A DNA stretch of 64,000 nt from Candidatus Latescibacterota bacterium. Lineage in GTDB: Bacteria; Latescibacterota; UBA2968; GCA-2709665. Under the pieces are notes generated by a model. That model was not told where the DNA came from. It ran no database searches and saw only the letters and a program-made list of their open reading frames with translations. How positions within the stretch are numbered: the first letter of the stretch is position 1; each line of letters starts with the position of its first letter. Both the position numbers and the translations under genes were made by a program. Shown here piece by piece: positions 1 through 7,887 of the stretch. The stretch is from positions 2,603-66,602 of the forward strand of contig JAAXHW010000004.1 in the NCBI GenBank assembly GCA_012270675.1, written 5' to 3'.

Positions 1-5
1 CGCGT

Positions 6-734
6 TTAGCTTAACCTTCCGAACATCGATTTCAAGCGCAACAGCCAGACGGCCCAGATTGCTTCCCCCATGATCTTTTTGGACATTTTTGAAACACCGG
101 CCGTGCGGTCATAAAAAATAATGGGAATTTCTTTGATTCTGAAGCCCTTTTTCCATGCGCGCATGGTGCCTTCTATCTGGAAAACATAGCCGGATGCGCG
201 GATTTGGTCGAGGTCTATGGCTTCCAGGACTTCCCGCCGGAAACATTTAAATCCACCCGTGGCGTCTCTGATGGACATCCCCGTAACCAGCCTGGCGTAG
301 ACATTGGCATAATAGGACAACAGGAGGCGCGTGATCGGCCAGTTGATCACATTCACACCGGTGATATAACGCGAGCCGATGATCAGATCGTGGTGCTCGA
401 TCTCCCTGAAGAAATCCTTCAGGTAGCCGGGGCGATGGGAAAAATCGGCGTCCATTTCAAAGATGCAGTCATATCCTCGCGCTATCGCCCATTTGAATCC
501 GGCGATGTAGGCCCTTCCCAGGCCCTCTTTTTTCTGACGGTGCAGCACGTGGACCTTTTCATCCCGGGTGGATATTCTATCGGCAATTTCACCTGTTCCG
601 TCGGGGGAATTGTCGTCTACGATGAGCACCTCGAGGCGGGGGTCTTCCTTCAGGATCGCAGGGACGATCTTCTCAATATTGTCCCGCTCGTTGTAGGTGG
701 GAACAATGACCAGCGCTCGCTTGGGTTGAAACAT
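6..734 (-). CDS. GT2 polyprenol-phosphate glycosyltransferase (dolichol-phosphate mannosyltransferase-like)
   Basis: GT2 motifs 'ALVIVPTYNERDNI', 'VLIVDDNSPDGT' and 'FEMDADFSH'. ATG at 734 is preceded by AGGAAG. The track ORF runs to 869, but that extension overlaps the divergent gene starting at 854. Confidence 0.85.
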   Translation of the reverse strand: MFQPKRALVIVPTYNERDNIEKIVPAILKEDPRLEVLIVDDNSPDGTGEIADRISTRDEKVHVLHRQKKEGLGRAYIAGFKWAIARGYDCIFEMDADFSHRPGYLKDFFREIEHHDLIIGSRYITGVNVINWPITRLLLSYYANVYARLVTGMSIRDATGGFKCFRREVLEAIDLDQIRASGYVFQIEGTMRAWKKGFRIKEIPIIFYDRTAGVSKMSKKIMGEAIWAVWLLRLKSMFGRLS

Positions 735-853
735 TTGGAGAACTTCCTTTCTCCCTGGATTTCTGGACGGTTTCTTGACATGATACACTTTTTTTGTATC
801 TTGGTAAAGCATAAGGTTCCAGCATTCCGATAAAAATTCAGGAGCATGCGCCA

Positions 854-1993
854 ATGGCAACAGAAACAACAGTCGAACCCGTGGTTGGGCGTGAGCGCCG
901 TTGGGCCCGGAAGAAGGCCCTGAGTCTGATCGATTGCGATGTGCACCACATCATGAGAAGCTTTCAGGATCTGGTTCCGTACCTGGACGACACACATCGG
1001 CGCCGCCTGCAACCGGCCATCAGTCCGCAGGCCGGGGAGCGCACCAGCTTCCGGCTTCCCCGCCGGGCGTATTTTCACCCGTACAGCTCGAATCGCGGGG
1101 ATACGATGGAAACAGACGGCACAAACCACGCGTCAGATCCGGCCCGGCTCAAAGCGGACCTTCTGGACCGCTATGGAATCGATTATGTGGTTCTGCTGGG
1201 AAATGATCTGACAACGCTGTCGGGTATGCCGGACCCGGCGCTGGCGGCGGGCATCGCACGCGCGTACAATGACTGGTCCATAGACGTCTGGCTGCGGGCC
1301 GATTCCCGCTTCAAGCTGTCGATCTGGGTGGCGCCCCAGGACCCGGCGCTGGCAGCGCAGGAGATCGAGCGCCTGGGCGATCATCCGGATGTGGTCCAGG
1401 TGGCCGTGCCGCAGATGGACATTTTGCTGGGTAAACGGCACTACTGGCCGATCTACGAGGCGGCTCAGAAGCACGGGCTTCCGGTTGCCTTTCACGTGGG
1501 ACCCGAGTCGGCGGGGTTGAACGGGCCGCAGGTGGCAGTGGGAGCGCCCACACACTATATCGAGCTGCAAACGGGGGTGGTGTCCATCGGGATCAACAAT
1601 GTGACCAGCCTGGTGTGCGAAGGGGTATTCGAGAAGTTCCCCGACCTTAAGACGATTTTTCTGGAGTTCGGTTTCACCTGGGTGCCGGGTCTGATGTGGC
1701 GTCTGGACCGGGAGTGGAAGTCCCTGCGGGCTGAAGTGCCCTGGGTGAAGCGGCCGCCCAGCGAGTACATCCTCAAGCACGTTCGCGTCGGTTCACAACC
1801 CCTGGAAGAGCCCCCACATCCCGAATACCTCCACCAGACACTGGAGATGATGTCCGCCGGGGAGACGATGCTGTTTGCAACCGACTACCCGCACTGGGAC
1901 TTCGACGACCCCAAACATATCATCCGCAGAATTCCTGAGCACATGCGGCAGGGGATTCTGGTGGATAATGCCCGGAAGATGTATGGTCTCTAA
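854..1993 (+). CDS. amidohydrolase-2 family metal-dependent hydrolase
   Basis: 379-aa ORF with AGGAG about 9 nt upstream of the ATG. 'IDCDVHH' near the N-terminus and 'FATDYPHWDFD' near the C-terminus are typical of PF04909-type amidohydrolases. Confidence 0.75.
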   Translation: MATETTVEPVVGRERRWARKKALSLIDCDVHHIMRSFQDLVPYLDDTHRRRLQPAISPQAGERTSFRLPRRAYFHPYSSNRGDTMETDGTNHASDPARLKADLLDRYGIDYVVLLGNDLTTLSGMPDPALAAGIARAYNDWSIDVWLRADSRFKLSIWVAPQDPALAAQEIERLGDHPDVVQVAVPQMDILLGKRHYWPIYEAAQKHGLPVAFHVGPESAGLNGPQVAVGAPTHYIELQTGVVSIGINNVTSLVCEGVFEKFPDLKTIFLEFGFTWVPGLMWRLDREWKSLRAEVPWVKRPPSEYILKHVRVGSQPLEEPPHPEYLHQTLEMMSAGETMLFATDYPHWDFDDPKHIIRRIPEHMRQGILVDNARKMYGL

Positions 1994-1996
1994 GAG

Positions 1997-2401
1997 GTGA
2001 GTGTGACGGGAAAGCACCGGCATGTCGTTGGCAAGAAGCGTGAGTTCCCCCCGGGAACCCGAAGGATTGTGGAGGTGAGGGGACGGTCCATCGGGGTGTT
2101 CAACGTCGATGGGGCGTATTACGCGTTGCGGAACACCTGCCCTCACCAGGGGGGGCCGCTTTGTCAGGGCACGTTAACCGGGACGATGATTCCGTCCGAA
2201 CCGGGCAACTACGTCTACGGGATGGAAAACCGGGTGCTGCGCTGCCCCTGGCATTGCTGGGAATTTGATATTACCACAGGGAAGATGATTTTTGTGCCCG
2301 ATCCGCTCAGGGTCAAAACATACGAGGTGGGCGTTGAGCCCCCGTCGGTGGAGACCTATCCGGTTACGGTAGAGGAGCGTATGGTTGTGTTATATGTTTA
2401 A
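1997..2401 (+). CDS. small Rieske [2Fe-2S] domain protein
   Basis: Rieske ligand motifs 'CPHQGGPL' and 'CPWHCWEF'. GTG start lies 3 nt after the stop of the amidohydrolase gene, consistent with translational coupling. Confidence 0.85.
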   Translation: MSVTGKHRHVVGKKREFPPGTRRIVEVRGRSIGVFNVDGAYYALRNTCPHQGGPLCQGTLTGTMIPSEPGNYVYGMENRVLRCPWHCWEFDITTGKMIFVPDPLRVKTYEVGVEPPSVETYPVTVEERMVVLYV

Positions 2402-2424
2402 ACCGATGCAGCAGACAAATTCGG

Positions 2425-2449
2425 GGCGGCCGGGACGGCCGCCTTTTTT
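2425..2449 (+). terminator. Rho-independent terminator after the Rieske gene
   Basis: GGCGGCC-GGGAC-GGCCGCC hairpin followed by TTTTTT, read directly from the sequence. Confidence 0.6.
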
Positions 2450-2479
2450 GTTTTGTGGGGAGGGAGGCGTATCAGGGCA

Positions 2480-3802
2480 TCAGTCCATCAACCGCACATT
2501 GTACTGGCGCGCCCCGGCACAATACCCTCTATAGGCCCCCTCGTCGAGCGGCTCCGGAGTATAGACAAAGACCTCGTCCGCCCAGGGATTGTACACGACG
2601 ATTTCTTCCTGTTCGTCCCCACAGATGTCGGCCGGAATGCAGTGGTACCATCCCATTTTTCGGGGACCGACAGGTTCGGGCAGGGCAGGCAGGGTGACGG
2701 CCTGACGACCCCGGCCGTCGAAAAGGGCCCCCCCGTTGTAGAGGAGGGCAGGAGCATCGGGGCCGTTCCAGTAGACGGCTTCCATGCCGGTTTCGTTCGG
2801 AGAAGAATTGAGTTGAAATCGGTTGAGGATGCGGCCACGGTTATCGACGATGAGGACATCCGGGGTGTGTCCCAGGTAGCGGATGGCCATCTGAGGGGCG
2901 GGTTCGTCTGCGAGGAAGGTGGCGACGCGGATTTCCTGGCCGTGGGGGACAGCGTCTTCACCCAGTGCCAGGACAATATTGCCGTTCATGTCCAGGACAT
3001 GGCCGCCTCCGGAGCAGACGGCACGCCTCCGGCCGTTGTCCCACGGCAGGATGGCCACGGAGTCCATGTTGGGGGCAAGCTGTGCTTCCCAGCGCGGCGC
3101 GCCGTCCGGATCGAGGATGTAGTAGCCACCGTTGATCTCGTCACAGCCATCGCCGTCCAGGTCGCCGACCGAGGGGATGTAGGCTGAGCAGCGGCCGTAT
3201 TCGTTCCACTGGATGGTGTAGGTCCACAGAAGGTCCAGGCGGTCGTCGAAGGCAAGGACGGTATCGCCCAGCTTGACGACGATATCCTGCGGGGTGGGCT
3301 GCCCCCGGAGATTGGCGATGAGGAGGCGCTGGTGAAACCAGTTGGCGCCCCAGCCCGCTCGCACCCGAACCGCTTCTGGAGCGGTTTCGCGTTTCAGCTC
3401 CCCGGTGCGTCCGTCGCGGACCTGGAAGACCACGTCGGCGAGGGATTCTTTGGGCGTCCGGCCGTCGGGCCGGTAGAAGAAGCAGAGGACCTCGCTGTGG
3501 CCGTCCGCGTCGATGTCGTGTACCGCAACCGCTCCTGGACGAAGGGGCTGGGCGCCGCCGGAGCCATCCTGCCAGAGGACCTCGCCGTCTAATGTGAACG
3601 CGCCCAGGAAGCAGGGCTTGAGTTCGCTTTCCAGGTCACATCGGTAGACGAGGAGATCGGCCTGCCCATCTCCGGTGAGGTCTCCCAGGCGGACATCACC
3701 GCCATAGGTGAGTTTCCGGTCTTCTATGAGAAAAGGCAGGGGGATCTGGAGCCTGCGGTAGAGGTGGGCCGATTTAGATTTAATATTTGAACAATTATTC
3801 AT
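2480..3802 (-). CDS. FG-GAP/VCBS-like beta-propeller repeat protein (no signal peptide seen)
   Basis: Repeated Ca-binding-like 'GDLTGDGQADLLV', 'HDIDADGHSEVL' and 'GDLDGDGCDEI' motifs. The only ATG start (3802) lies inside copy A of the 25-nt motif, with GTGAGG about 10 nt upstream. The start is uncertain. Confidence 0.6.
   Translation of the reverse strand: MNNCSNIKSKSAHLYRRLQIPLPFLIEDRKLTYGGDVRLGDLTGDGQADLLVYRCDLESELKPCFLGAFTLDGEVLWQDGSGGAQPLRPGAVAVHDIDADGHSEVLCFFYRPDGRTPKESLADVVFQVRDGRTGELKRETAPEAVRVRAGWGANWFHQRLLIANLRGQPTPQDIVVKLGDTVLAFDDRLDLLWTYTIQWNEYGRCSAYIPSVGDLDGDGCDEINGGYYILDPDGAPRWEAQLAPNMDSVAILPWDNGRRRAVCSGGGHVLDMNGNIVLALGEDAVPHGQEIRVATFLADEPAPQMAIRYLGHTPDVLIVDNRGRILNRFQLNSSPNETGMEAVYWNGPDAPALLYNGGALFDGRGRQAVTLPALPEPVGPRKMGWYHCIPADICGDEQEEIVVYNPWADEVFVYTPEPLDEGAYRGYCAGARQYNVRLMD
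3778..3802 (-). repeat. 25-nt AT-rich motif, copy A (ATGAATAATTGTTCAAATATTAAAT)
   Basis: Identical 25/25 to copy C (41645..41669, plus strand) and 23/25 to copy B (30905..30929). Contains the near-palindrome TGAATAATTGTTCA. Confidence 0.9.
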
Positions 3803-3851
3803 AAGAAATCAACCTCACCACCAGCCAACACAATCTCTGGCCCGGGAAGCC

Positions 3852-4157
3852 TCAGGACGGTTTCTGTGTGCGGTTTTCGTGCTTTCGCCGGAGGCCAAGC
3901 ACCCTTTCAAACTCTTCGGAGAGACTATTTCCTTTACGTGAGAACTTGAGCATGACCTCGCGAGACATCACCATCATGGTGCCCTGCGAGGCATCCAGGT
4001 ACCGGCAGTAGCTGTGTTTGACCACCTCCCCGGTAATACAGCATCGGCGCTCTACAGGATATTCTCTGTCCGAGTCGATAAAGCTTCCGGTGGGGTTGGC
4101 ATCTTCAGGATGGTCTGCTTGGTAGTCGGTATAAAACGCCTTTTTTTCGTTGGCCAT
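3852..4157 (-). CDS. hypothetical 101-aa protein (acidic N-terminus, 'RRCCITGEVVKHSYCRY', basic tail)
   Basis: ATG at 4157 with AAGGAG about 13 nt upstream, 31 nt downstream of the ExeA-like gene. The track ORF extension to 4460 overlaps that gene. I recognise no family. Confidence 0.5.
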   Translation of the reverse strand: MANEKKAFYTDYQADHPEDANPTGSFIDSDREYPVERRCCITGEVVKHSYCRYLDASQGTMMVMSREVMLKFSRKGNSLSEEFERVLGLRRKHENRTQKPS

Positions 4158-4188
4158 GTTTCTGGTGTCTCCTTCTGAACGTGGATTT

Positions 4189-4989
4189 TCAGAACTGCCT
4201 GACGGCCTCGCAGGCCTTCTGGACGATGGTGGTGTCGATTTCCTCAACCCGGGCGCCGAATCCGAGGAGCAGGCAGATATCACAGGTGTTGTTAATCTCC
4301 CGGGGGATGCCCCGGGAGGCTCGATAGACGGCGTCCACCGCGTCGTTTTCGAAGATTTTCCGTTTGAGTCCCACTTTTTCCAGACGGGACTGGATATAGG
4401 CGTGGGTCTCTTCCTGTTTGAGAGGGCCAAGGTGGAACTTGGTGGAGACGCGCTGTTCAAGTTGCTTGATGCGTGAGATTCGTTCCCGGAGTTCGGACTG
4501 CCCGATCAGGAGCAGGGTCGCCAGAAAGCGGCCGTTGAGCTGAAAGTTGAGGAGGAGGAGGAGCTCTTCCAGGGTCTCCGGGTCTTCCAGGGCCTGGGCC
4601 TCGTCTACGATGATCACGGTGTCTTTGCCCGCGTCATGGTTTTTGACCATCCGATCGTTGAGGGCCTGGAGCAGGTCGGGCCTGGAGTCCGGGGCTTCTT
4701 CCACGCCGAGCTGGTAGAGGATTCCCCTGAGAAATTCGATGGGGGAGAGGCGGGGGTTGGCCACCACGCCCACTTCGTAGCGGTCGGACTGGAGGTCCTG
4801 TGCCAGGGTGCGGCTGAGGATGGTTTTGCCGCATCCGACCTCTCCTGTGAGCATGGCCGCGCCCTTGCTGTTGACCGCACAAAAGAGGCGCAGCAGCGCC
4901 TCCTGATGCTCTGCAGAAGGGTAAAAGAACCGGGGATCGGGCACGTTTTCAAAAGGAAATTCTTCAATCCCCCAGAATTCTTTGTACAC
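4189..4989 (-). CDS. ExeA/GspA-like AAA (AAA_22) ATPase
   Basis: 'FENVPDPRFFYPSAEHQEALLRL', Walker A 'GEVGCGKT' and Walker B 'VIIVDEAQ'. Probable GTG start at 4989 (GGGAGAAG 7 nt upstream). The track ATG at 5088 adds an atypical hydrophobic/AT-rich leader. Confidence 0.8.
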   Translation of the reverse strand: MYKEFWGIEEFPFENVPDPRFFYPSAEHQEALLRLFCAVNSKGAAMLTGEVGCGKTILSRTLAQDLQSDRYEVGVVANPRLSPIEFLRGILYQLGVEEAPDSRPDLLQALNDRMVKNHDAGKDTVIIVDEAQALEDPETLEELLLLLNFQLNGRFLATLLLIGQSELRERISRIKQLEQRVSTKFHLGPLKQEETHAYIQSRLEKVGLKRKIFENDAVDAVYRASRGIPREINNTCDICLLLGFGARVEEIDTTIVQKACEAVRQF

Positions 4990-5043
4990 GGGTATTCTTC
5001 TCCCAGGAGGCTGTTGAGATTCAGGCGTCGAGAAAAGAGGCAC

Positions 5044-5064
5044 TATTGTATAAATTGTACAATA
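5044..5064. promoter_or_regulatory. inverted repeat TATTGTA-N7-TACAATA in the divergent control region
   Basis: 7-bp perfect arms read from the sequence, lying in the AT-rich gap between the ExeA-like gene and the HTH/KAP operon. An operator role is inference only. Confidence 0.3.
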
Positions 5065-5199
5065 TATCAGAAGGGGCGAATATGTCAAGGAAAAATAGAC
5101 AAAAATGAACTTTTTGCTTGATTTTTTTGTCTATGTTTGTTTATTTTTTGGAGAAATTTACGGGCCATCGCTTCTGAGGGATATCCACGGGTCACCACA

Positions 5200-5868
5200 A
5201 TGACATTCAGAGATGCGCTTGAACGTGAGATCGCGGCCCAGAGCCTTTCGGTGGCCGAGGTCGCCCAAAAGAGCGGGCTTTCCAAAGGGGCTATTTACAA
5301 TATTCTCAACGGCAAGACGGAAGAGGAACGGATTCGTCCGTCGACCCGACGGGCAATTGCCAGGGGGTGTAACCGGAACATAGAGGTCTCAGAAGAGGGG
5401 GCCGTCCTTTTTGTCGAGCATGGGCGACCGGGACCTGTGGACGAGCCGGGGGAGGTGGAACTGCGCCTGGTGCCAGGCCGCCCCTTCCTGGCGGAGCAGT
5501 TCTTGAGGGAGCCGTTCGATTGGCTCTACAGTCTGGAAGAAGAGGGGGTGCTGACCGGAATCCGGACGGTGGACCGGGTGTTCCAGAAGCGGGAGGAATT
5601 TCTCTCCCTGGTGGTGGAGAACCGGGGGCAGGCCGTTGTGACAGAGGTCCGATTCGATCTGCGCGTGACGTTTGAGGGTGGGGGGCCTTCCAAACAGTTT
5701 TCATCCCGGTTATCCGGCTACGTACCCTGTGGGGGACATGTGGAGGAGACCCTGTTTTTACAGGCTGGGCCGTCCTATTGTGCGGAATTGCTGAACCCCG
5801 TCTTTACGGACCCGGAGGGGCAGACAAAAGAACTCGACGGAGACCTGAAATATTCCCATAAAGGGTAA
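5200..5868 (+). CDS. XRE-type HTH protein with uncharacterised C-terminal domain
   Basis: HTH 'LSVAEVAQKSGLSKGAIYNILNG' lies immediately after the ATG at 5200. The track start (TTG 5137) adds a poly-T-encoded leader. The C-terminal ~150 aa is not recognisable. Confidence 0.6.
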   Translation: MTFRDALEREIAAQSLSVAEVAQKSGLSKGAIYNILNGKTEEERIRPSTRRAIARGCNRNIEVSEEGAVLFVEHGRPGPVDEPGEVELRLVPGRPFLAEQFLREPFDWLYSLEEEGVLTGIRTVDRVFQKREEFLSLVVENRGQAVVTEVRFDLRVTFEGGGPSKQFSSRLSGYVPCGGHVEETLFLQAGPSYCAELLNPVFTDPEGQTKELDGDLKYSHKG

Positions 5869-5874
5869 GATCCG

Positions 5875-7881
5875 GTGATTGAGGCACTCAAGCAGACCAA
5901 GCGGATTCGGATTCATAACGATTCTCCCGCCGACCGGGCGCACCATTTTGGGTTTTCAGTTTATGCGGAGACCTTTGCCAAACTGATTGCCGATTGCGCC
6001 AATCAGACGCCGCTGACGATTGCGATCAGCGGTGCGTGGGGAAGCGGGAAGACATCTCTGATGCGGAGCGTCCGGGAGACGCTGGTCAACATTACCCGGG
6101 AGGTCGACCGGGCCGGGAGAGACAATGTCTTTCGGCGGTGCCGTACGGTCTGGTTCAACGCCTGGAAGTATTCCAGCCGGGATGCGATCCTGGTGGCGCT
6201 GGTAGAGGAGATTGTGGCCCAGATGGTGGCCGAGGGCCTGCCCCGGCGGCAACTGGATCAAATGCGCCAGGTGGAAGGCGGACTGGACTGGACGCGGATT
6301 GCCCGGTCTCTGGACGACCTGTTTCAGCAGAGCGGCAGTGCCGAGATGAAAGGCCTGCTTAAAAACGATACGGAACTGCTGCGCAACCTTCCGCTGCTGC
6401 GGGAGTTCGAGCGGTTTCTGGATCGCCTGATCGGGTGGTCGGTGGCGGGCCACCCTGCCGGTCCCGGGGAACGGTATGACGATTCGGAGGGGGTGATGGT
6501 TTTTTTTATCGACGATCTGGACAGGTGCCAGCCCAATCGTGTGGTCCGGGTGCTGGAGACAGTGAAGCTCTTTATGGACCGGACCGGGTGTGTCTTCGTG
6601 CTTGGGATGGATACCGAGATCGTCGAAAAGGCCGTCAAGGCCCAGTACCAGACCATTGAGGGGTTTGACGAACACGCCTATATGGATAAGATCATCCAGC
6701 TCCAGTTCAACCTGCCGCCCATCCGGCCGGACCATATCCAGGAATTCATCCAGGAGGAACTGATTGGCAGGCAGGCTCAGGAGAGTCCGATCCTGCCTTA
6801 TCTGGAGGATATTTCGGAAACCGTAGAGTCCAACCCCCGAACGGTAAAGCGGTTTTTAAATACCTTTGCGATCCAAAGAAGCCTGGCGGAGACCCGGGGG
6901 TTGCTCAGCGATGGGGTGATGGACGAAGACCTGTTGGCCAAATGGATTATTATCTCTTTTGCTTTTGAGAAATTTGCAGAGCGGGCGCTTCAGCGCCCGC
7001 TTTTGATTGCAGAGCTACAGGAGGCCATCCGGGAGGGGGAGCCCGAGGGGGGGGGGCCACCTCACCTGCGGGAATTCCTGGAAGATCAGCGGCTGGTGAA
7101 CCTGCTCAAGCGAGGCAAGCCCTTTCCAACGGATGAAGAGGAGATTTCGGTTTATACCCATTCAAGCGCGTCCACCCAGCGCGCCCCTGCCGAGGGGTTC
7201 GGCCACACCGCCCTGTCTGTCCTGCGGACGCAGGCAGCAGAGGCGGAAGGGACCGAAGGGGTGATTCGGGTGGAGCGGGGCAAATTCCTGATGGGGGATA
7301 TGAACCGGACCGCGTTCCTGGAGGCGTTTGAGATCGATATGTATCCGGTGACCAACCGGCAGTACATGCGGTTCCTGGACACCACGGGTCACGCTCAGGT
7401 TCCCGAGCACTGGGGGGAGGGTACTTATCCCCCGGAAAAGGCGGACCACCCGGTGGTGAATGTGAACTGGCACGATGCGATGGCCTACGCCAGATGGGTG
7501 GGCAAGCGGTTGCCCACCGAGCAGGAGTGGGAGAAGGCGGCCAGGGGACCGAATGGGCGGACTTACCCGTGGGGCAATACCTTTAACCGGGTCAACTGTA
7601 ACAGCCGGGAACTGGAATTACATGGGACGACGGCCGTCAACCAATTTCCCAATGGGGCAAGCCAGTACGGATGTTACGATATGTCGGGAAATGTGTGGGA
7701 GTGGACAGACACCAATGCGTTCGACAATGAGGAGGCCAAGGTCATCCGGGGCGGGAGCTGGGCGAGTCACCGGGAGGGCATGCGCGCCACAACCCGGGCC
7801 TATGAGCGCGCTGAGCAGCGGCGGCGGGATGTCGGATTTCGATGCGCCCGAAACGTGAGTCCGCCCAGGGTACAGAGGTAG
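5875..7881 (+). CDS. KAP-family P-loop NTPase fused to C-terminal FGE-sulfatase (SUMF1-like) domain
   Basis: Walker A 'GAWGSGKTS', Walker B 'VMVFFIDDLDRC' and 'NPRTVKRFLNTF' (KAP, PF07693-like). From about aa 463: 'HPVVNVNWHDAMAYARW', 'PTEQEWEKAARG', 'GNVWEWT', 'RGGSW' and 'GFRCAR' (PF03781-like). GTG start lies 7 nt after the upstream stop. Confidence 0.8.
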   Translation: MIEALKQTKRIRIHNDSPADRAHHFGFSVYAETFAKLIADCANQTPLTIAISGAWGSGKTSLMRSVRETLVNITREVDRAGRDNVFRRCRTVWFNAWKYSSRDAILVALVEEIVAQMVAEGLPRRQLDQMRQVEGGLDWTRIARSLDDLFQQSGSAEMKGLLKNDTELLRNLPLLREFERFLDRLIGWSVAGHPAGPGERYDDSEGVMVFFIDDLDRCQPNRVVRVLETVKLFMDRTGCVFVLGMDTEIVEKAVKAQYQTIEGFDEHAYMDKIIQLQFNLPPIRPDHIQEFIQEELIGRQAQESPILPYLEDISETVESNPRTVKRFLNTFAIQRSLAETRGLLSDGVMDEDLLAKWIIISFAFEKFAERALQRPLLIAELQEAIREGEPEGGGPPHLREFLEDQRLVNLLKRGKPFPTDEEEISVYTHSSASTQRAPAEGFGHTALSVLRTQAAEAEGTEGVIRVERGKFLMGDMNRTAFLEAFEIDMYPVTNRQYMRFLDTTGHAQVPEHWGEGTYPPEKADHPVVNVNWHDAMAYARWVGKRLPTEQEWEKAARGPNGRTYPWGNTFNRVNCNSRELELHGTTAVNQFPNGASQYGCYDMSGNVWEWTDTNAFDNEEAKVIRGGSWASHREGMRATTRAYERAEQRRRDVGFRCARNVSPPRVQR

Positions 7882-7887
7882 GGAATT

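Noticed and set aside
4990-5088. Track N-terminal extensions of many genes: the ExeA-like gene to 5088, leuS to 15725, pnp to 20299, ribF to 21634, infB to 25640, miaA to 32280, mobA to 37789, rtcB to 40804, ychF to 49810, the 2Fe-2S subunit to 55295 and the permease to 58284.
   Set aside because: The extensions overlap upstream genes or encode Arg/Pro-rich or hydrophobic junk ahead of the family-typical N-termini. Internal ATG/GTG/TTG codons with RBS-like purine runs give canonical protein lengths.
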